Below, piece after piece: positions 14,726 to 17,536 of a stretch of 17,536 nucleotides of DNA. The translations under genes and the position numbers were made by a program. How positions within the stretch are numbered: the first letter of the stretch is position 1; each line of letters starts with the position of its first letter. The stretch is taken from positions 1-17,536 of IMG/VR virus record IMGVR_UViG_2648501186_000010. One strand, given 5' to 3'. The notes beneath the pieces were generated by a model. It was not told the origin of the DNA. It ran no database searches and saw only the letters and a program-made list of their open reading frames with translations. The DNA comes from a virus (taxonomy: Duplodnaviria; Heunggongvirae; Uroviricota; Caudoviricetes).

Positions 14726-15229
14726 TCACATCAGGCCGGTGGCGTTGGTTGTGACCAGCTCCACCGCCGCAGCCAGAACAGGCGCAGAGTGAATACGGCT
14801 TTCAACGGTATAAGCCAGCACGGATAAGCTACGGATTGCATCGCGGGCACGATCCAGAATTTGAGTACGGCGGGCGGCAGTCATATAGCCAGTTGATACG
14901 GCTTCCCCAGCAATCGCGCCCACACTGGCTGTGGCACTCAGTGCGCACAACTGCATGTTGCCTTCTGTGGCATTGTTCACCGGCACGGATGGAAGGCAGT
15001 TAATCTGACCTAACATCCCATCAAGCAAACGCGCATCTTCGGTGTAATCCGTGATAGCCAAAAGCTCATCACAGGTCAGGCGGTGCGGTTGTGCTGGGTT
15101 CAGTTTGTTGCGCAGGATCTGCGGCCTCATACCAACGGCAGCGGCCACATCTTCAAGATTGTGCTCAATTGCAAATGCTCGGCAAGCCGCATCAAAGTGC
15201 GCATGTTTAGAGGTCTGGTAATCAAACAT
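14726..15229 (-). CDS. cII: CII-like transcriptional activator (phage 186 CII family)
   Basis: N-terminus MFDYQTSKHAHFDAACRAFA closely resembles my recollection of 186 CII (MFDFQVSKHPHYDEACRAFA), with similar length (167 aa). Sits between apl and the early genes; GGGAGAGG RBS. Confidence 0.8.
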   Translation of the reverse strand: MFDYQTSKHAHFDAACRAFAIEHNLEDVAAAVGMRPQILRNKLNPAQPHRLTCDELLAITDYTEDARLLDGMLGQINCLPSVPVNNATEGNMQLCALSATASVGAIAGEAVSTGYMTAARRTQILDRARDAIRSLSVLAYTVESRIHSAPVLAAAVELVTTNATGLM

Positions 15230-15259
15230 TGTTTGCCTCTCCCGAATCCGTAGGATGGA

Positions 15260-15481
15260 TTACGCGTTAAGCGAAATGTCACATTCGCTTAAAGCCTGAA
15301 TAGTGAGCGCGGCCATGTTGACTTCGACCAAGCCTTTCTTCTGCTTACCCTTCGGCTTAATAGGTAATTTCCCGTATTCGATCAGGTTCCTGGCGGTTTC
15401 TTTGTTGGTACCAGTACGGCGGCAATACTCGTCTAAAGGCAGGTATGGCTCAGGGATGATGATTGTAATGTTCGGACGCAT
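15260..15481 (-). CDS. apl: Apl/Cox-type excisionase and switch regulator
   Basis: 73 aa from ATG 15481 (GGAG RBS). First gene of the operon divergent from cI; small basic protein with HTH-like segment (TGTNKETARNLIEYGKLPIKPKG). Confidence 0.7.
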   Translation of the reverse strand: MRPNITIIIPEPYLPLDEYCRRTGTNKETARNLIEYGKLPIKPKGKQKKGLVEVNMAALTIQALSECDISLNA

Positions 15482-15502
15482 GAGGCAAACTCCACAAGTT
15501 AA

Positions 15503-15520
15503 CCTGTACGGCAATACAGG
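15503..15520. promoter_or_regulatory. Inverted repeat CCTGTA-N6-TACAGG in the switch region (operator candidate; also fits CTGT-N8-ACAG)
   Basis: Perfect 6 bp arms. Sits between TTAACC (15500..15505) and TTATAT (15523..15528), which have -35/-10-like spacing on the plus strand toward cI. Confidence 0.3.
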
Positions 15521-15566
15521 GTTATATAAGGCAACATTCAAAATATGGAGCCAGATTAATTCGCGT

Positions 15567-15596
15567 TTCGAGAAGTGTCAATTTTAATTTCTCGAA
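15567..15596. promoter_or_regulatory. Perfect 8 bp inverted repeat TTCGAGAA-N14-TTCTCGAA overlapping a minus-strand TTGACA hexamer (candidate pR operator)
   Basis: Arms at 15567..15574 and 15589..15596. The spacer contains tgtcaa (15576..15581), i.e. TTGACA on the minus strand, a plausible -35 for the apl/cII operon. Lies 21 bp upstream of the cI start. Confidence 0.35.
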
Positions 15597-15616
15597 TCGA
15601 GACTTATGGATTCGCT

Positions 15617-16198
15617 ATGAGCACATTTAAAATCGACCTAAACGTAGATAGCACACCGATTCTTGACAGGGTGATCGAGGCTTACGGATTTACGCAGAAG
15701 TTACAGCTCGCGGAACATCTGGACATGGCAGCCAGTTCTCTTTCTTCACGCTACAAGCGTGGAGTTTTCCCGGCAGACATTGTCGTGAAATGTGTAGCCG
15801 AAACAGGCGCTAATCTGGAGTGGCTGGCGACAGGACAGGGACGTAAATTTAATGATGATGAATTAGACATACTCAAAATACCGCGCAGCAAGATTGTTGA
15901 TGGCCAACTCTATGACGCTGGCACACTTATGCTTGATAAAGTCATCTTCCTGCCTGGTAAGCCCTTACCGCAACAACCGATTTGTGTTCTGGATGGCCTT
16001 GTTCAGTACATTGTTGACCAGTCTTATTCTGAAGTTTATGACGATGATTGGTTGGTTGAAGTTGAAGGAAAAACAAGCGTCCGCACTCTTACACGGATTC
16101 CGGTACGAAAAGTCAGAGTTAGCGGTGTTGGTATGGCATTTGATTGCGGAATTGACGACATAAAAATCATAGGCCGCGTTGTTCTGACGATAAAATAA
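15617..16198 (+). CDS. cI: CI immunity repressor (phage 186 CI family)
   Basis: LDRVIEAYGFTQKLQLAEHLDMAASSLSSRYKRGVFPADIVVKCVAETGANLEWLATGQG matches my recollection of the 186 CI N-terminal HTH domain; C-terminal FDCGIDDIKIIGRVV also matches. ATG 15617 gives 193 aa (186 CI is 192). Stop is 1 nt before the int ATG. Confidence 0.85.
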   Translation: MSTFKIDLNVDSTPILDRVIEAYGFTQKLQLAEHLDMAASSLSSRYKRGVFPADIVVKCVAETGANLEWLATGQGRKFNDDELDILKIPRSKIVDGQLYDAGTLMLDKVIFLPGKPLPQQPICVLDGLVQYIVDQSYSEVYDDDWLVEVEGKTSVRTLTRIPVRKVRVSGVGMAFDCGIDDIKIIGRVVLTIK

Positions 16199-16199
16199 A

Positions 16200-17240
16200 A
16201 TGAGCGTTCGTAAACTTCCTACAGGCGAATGGATCGCCGACTTCTACACCGTCAACCGCAGTAATGGCAAGAACGGGAAGCGTATACGTAAAAAATTTGC
16301 CACGAAAGGGGAAGCCCTGGCATTCGAAAACCATACGCTTCAGAAAGTAGACGCAGCTCCGTGGCTGGGTGAAGGGAAGGACAAGCGAACTTTAATAGAT
16401 CTGATAACAATGTGGTATGAACGCCACGGCGTAGCTTTGAGCAATGGCGAAAAGCGTAAAAATGCTATGACCTGGGCGGCGGAATGCATGGGATTCCCGC
16501 TGGCCACAGAATTTAATGCCCAGTTGTTCACAGCCTACCGCGCTAAAAGGCTGGATGGGCATTATGCCCGTACCAACAGAGTATCTAAGGTTTCCCCGAA
16601 AACTATGAACCTTGAACATGCTTACTTCCTGGCTATGTTCAACGAGCTGAAACGGATTGGTGAATGGTCAGCACCCAACCCACTAGAAAACGTCAGACAG
16701 TATCGTACTGATGAAACCGAAATGGCTTTCCTCACTACCGAAGAAATTGATCGGCTTTTACTGGAATGCAAACGAAGTAAAGTTAAGTACCTAGAATTAG
16801 TTGTCAAAATCTGCCTTGCTACCGGCGCAAGGTGGAATGAGGCGGCAACGCTGAAAAGCTCCCAGATCGCCGGGGGTAAAGTCACGTTCGTCAAAACCAA
16901 AGGGAAGCGCAACAGAACAATTCCCCTTGATGATGAACTTCTGTCCGAATTGCCTGAAACAAAAGGCGCTCTGTTCCCCAAGCCCTGCTACAACGCTTTC
17001 CGCTCTGCTCTGGAACGTGCAGGCATTGAACTCCCCTCCGGCCAGCTTACCCATGTACTGCGCCATACATTTGCCAGCCACTTTATGATGAACGGCGGAA
17101 ACATTCTGGTTCTGCAAAAAATTCTCGGCCACGCTGACATCACTATGACAATGCGTTATGCCCATTTCGCCCCAAGCCACCTTGAAGATGCCGTGCGACT
17201 TAACCCCTTAAAATGTCGCAAAAATGTCGCGACAGCTTAG
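16200..17240 (+). CDS. int: Tyrosine recombinase / phage integrase (P2/186 Int family)
   Basis: 346 aa with C-terminal catalytic motifs (LRHTFASHF...ILGHADITMTMRYAHF). Immediately downstream of cI, as in 186. Confidence 0.9.
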   Translation: MSVRKLPTGEWIADFYTVNRSNGKNGKRIRKKFATKGEALAFENHTLQKVDAAPWLGEGKDKRTLIDLITMWYERHGVALSNGEKRKNAMTWAAECMGFPLATEFNAQLFTAYRAKRLDGHYARTNRVSKVSPKTMNLEHAYFLAMFNELKRIGEWSAPNPLENVRQYRTDETEMAFLTTEEIDRLLLECKRSKVKYLELVVKICLATGARWNEAATLKSSQIAGGKVTFVKTKGKRNRTIPLDDELLSELPETKGALFPKPCYNAFRSALERAGIELPSGQLTHVLRHTFASHFMMNGGNILVLQKILGHADITMTMRYAHFAPSHLEDAVRLNPLKCRKNVATA

Positions 17241-17355
17241 AAATACTGCCGAATACTCACAGATATTAACTAACGTAACTTATTGATAACACTGTAAGTT
17301 ATTGTTTTTCGTAGATAGTTGATGCTTTATAATATAGCCTGTGCTATATCTGTAT

Positions 17356-17381
17356 GTAATGCAATCATCCCTCAAGGATCG
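17356..17381. repeat. Candidate attachment-site core, right copy (attL), downstream of int
   Basis: Imperfect direct repeat of 355..380 (see that feature). Lies in an AT-rich stretch 115 bp after the int stop. Confidence 0.4.
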
Positions 17382-17407
17382 ACGGGATTAGCAAGTCAGG
17401 AGGTCTT

Positions 17408-17536
17408 ATGAATGAGTTCAAGAGGTGTATGCGCGTGTTTAGTCATTCTCCCTTTAAAGTACGGTTAATGCTGCTCTCTATGTTGTGCGATATGGTCAAC
17501 AACAAACCGCAGCAAGATAAACCTTCCGATAAATAG
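17408..17536 (+). CDS. Small ORF (42 aa), hydrophobic and Cys-containing; probably a flanking host gene
   Basis: Strong RBS (CAGGAGG, 4 nt spacer) before ATG 17408; the stop is the last codon of the window. Translation MNEFKRCMRVFSHSPFKVRLMLLSMLCDMVNNKPQQDKPSDK. Confidence 0.4.
   Translation: MNEFKRCMRVFSHSPFKVRLMLLSMLCDMVNNKPQQDKPSDK

Larger units (their letters stand above)
355..17381. mobile_element. P2/186-family prophage, apparently defective (lysis and most tail genes missing)
   Basis: Contiguous int-cI-apl-cII-early genes-dam-A-ogr-like-Q-P-O-N-M-L block plus T/U/D tail remnants, bounded by imperfect direct repeats at 355..380 and 17356..17381. Confidence 0.7.

Noticed and set aside
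15575-15616. Upstream ATG (15575) as the cI start
   Set aside because: It would place the strong inverted repeat and the opposing -35 element inside the coding sequence and add 14 residues relative to 186 CI; ATG 15617 gives the expected length.
15894-17180. ORFs overlapping cI and int (15894..16163, 16340..16531, 16392..16619, 16622..16981, 16797..17180)
   Set aside because: Alternative-frame or antisense shadows of the repressor and integrase genes.
1-17536. CRISPR arrays, rRNA or tRNA genes (including a tRNA at the integration site)
   Set aside because: No regularly spaced direct repeats and no tRNA-like structure seen by eye near either end; a tRNA scan was not possible, so a tRNA just outside the window cannot be excluded.

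Overview
The window is almost entirely one integrated P2/186-family temperate phage element of about 17 kb (roughly 355..17381), lying in reverse orientation to the usual P2 prophage map and bracketed by a ~24 bp imperfect direct repeat (candidate attR/attL). Recognisable modules from right to left: tyrosine integrase and a 186-type immunity switch (cI, apl, cII); an early/replication operon (three or four small unknown genes, a Dam-type adenine methylase, rolling-circle initiator gpA); a short region between A and the portal gene holding an Ogr/Delta-type zinc-finger late activator and a small convergent ORF preceded by a LexA-box-like site; and a complete-looking head/packaging block (Q portal, P large terminase, O scaffold, N major capsid, M small terminase, L). 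The lysis genes and most tail genes are absent: L runs straight into a frameshifted tape-measure gene remnant, followed by a gpU-like gene and an unusually long gpD-like hub gene. I read this as a tail-less, lysis-less defective prophage, with a satellite-like lifestyle a less likely alternative. I could not identify a defence system with confidence; the best candidates for novelty are the uncharacterised early-operon ORFs, the repositioned Ogr-like gene with its LexA-gated partner, and the extended hub protein. All protein-family calls rest on motifs and recalled similarity, not on database searches.
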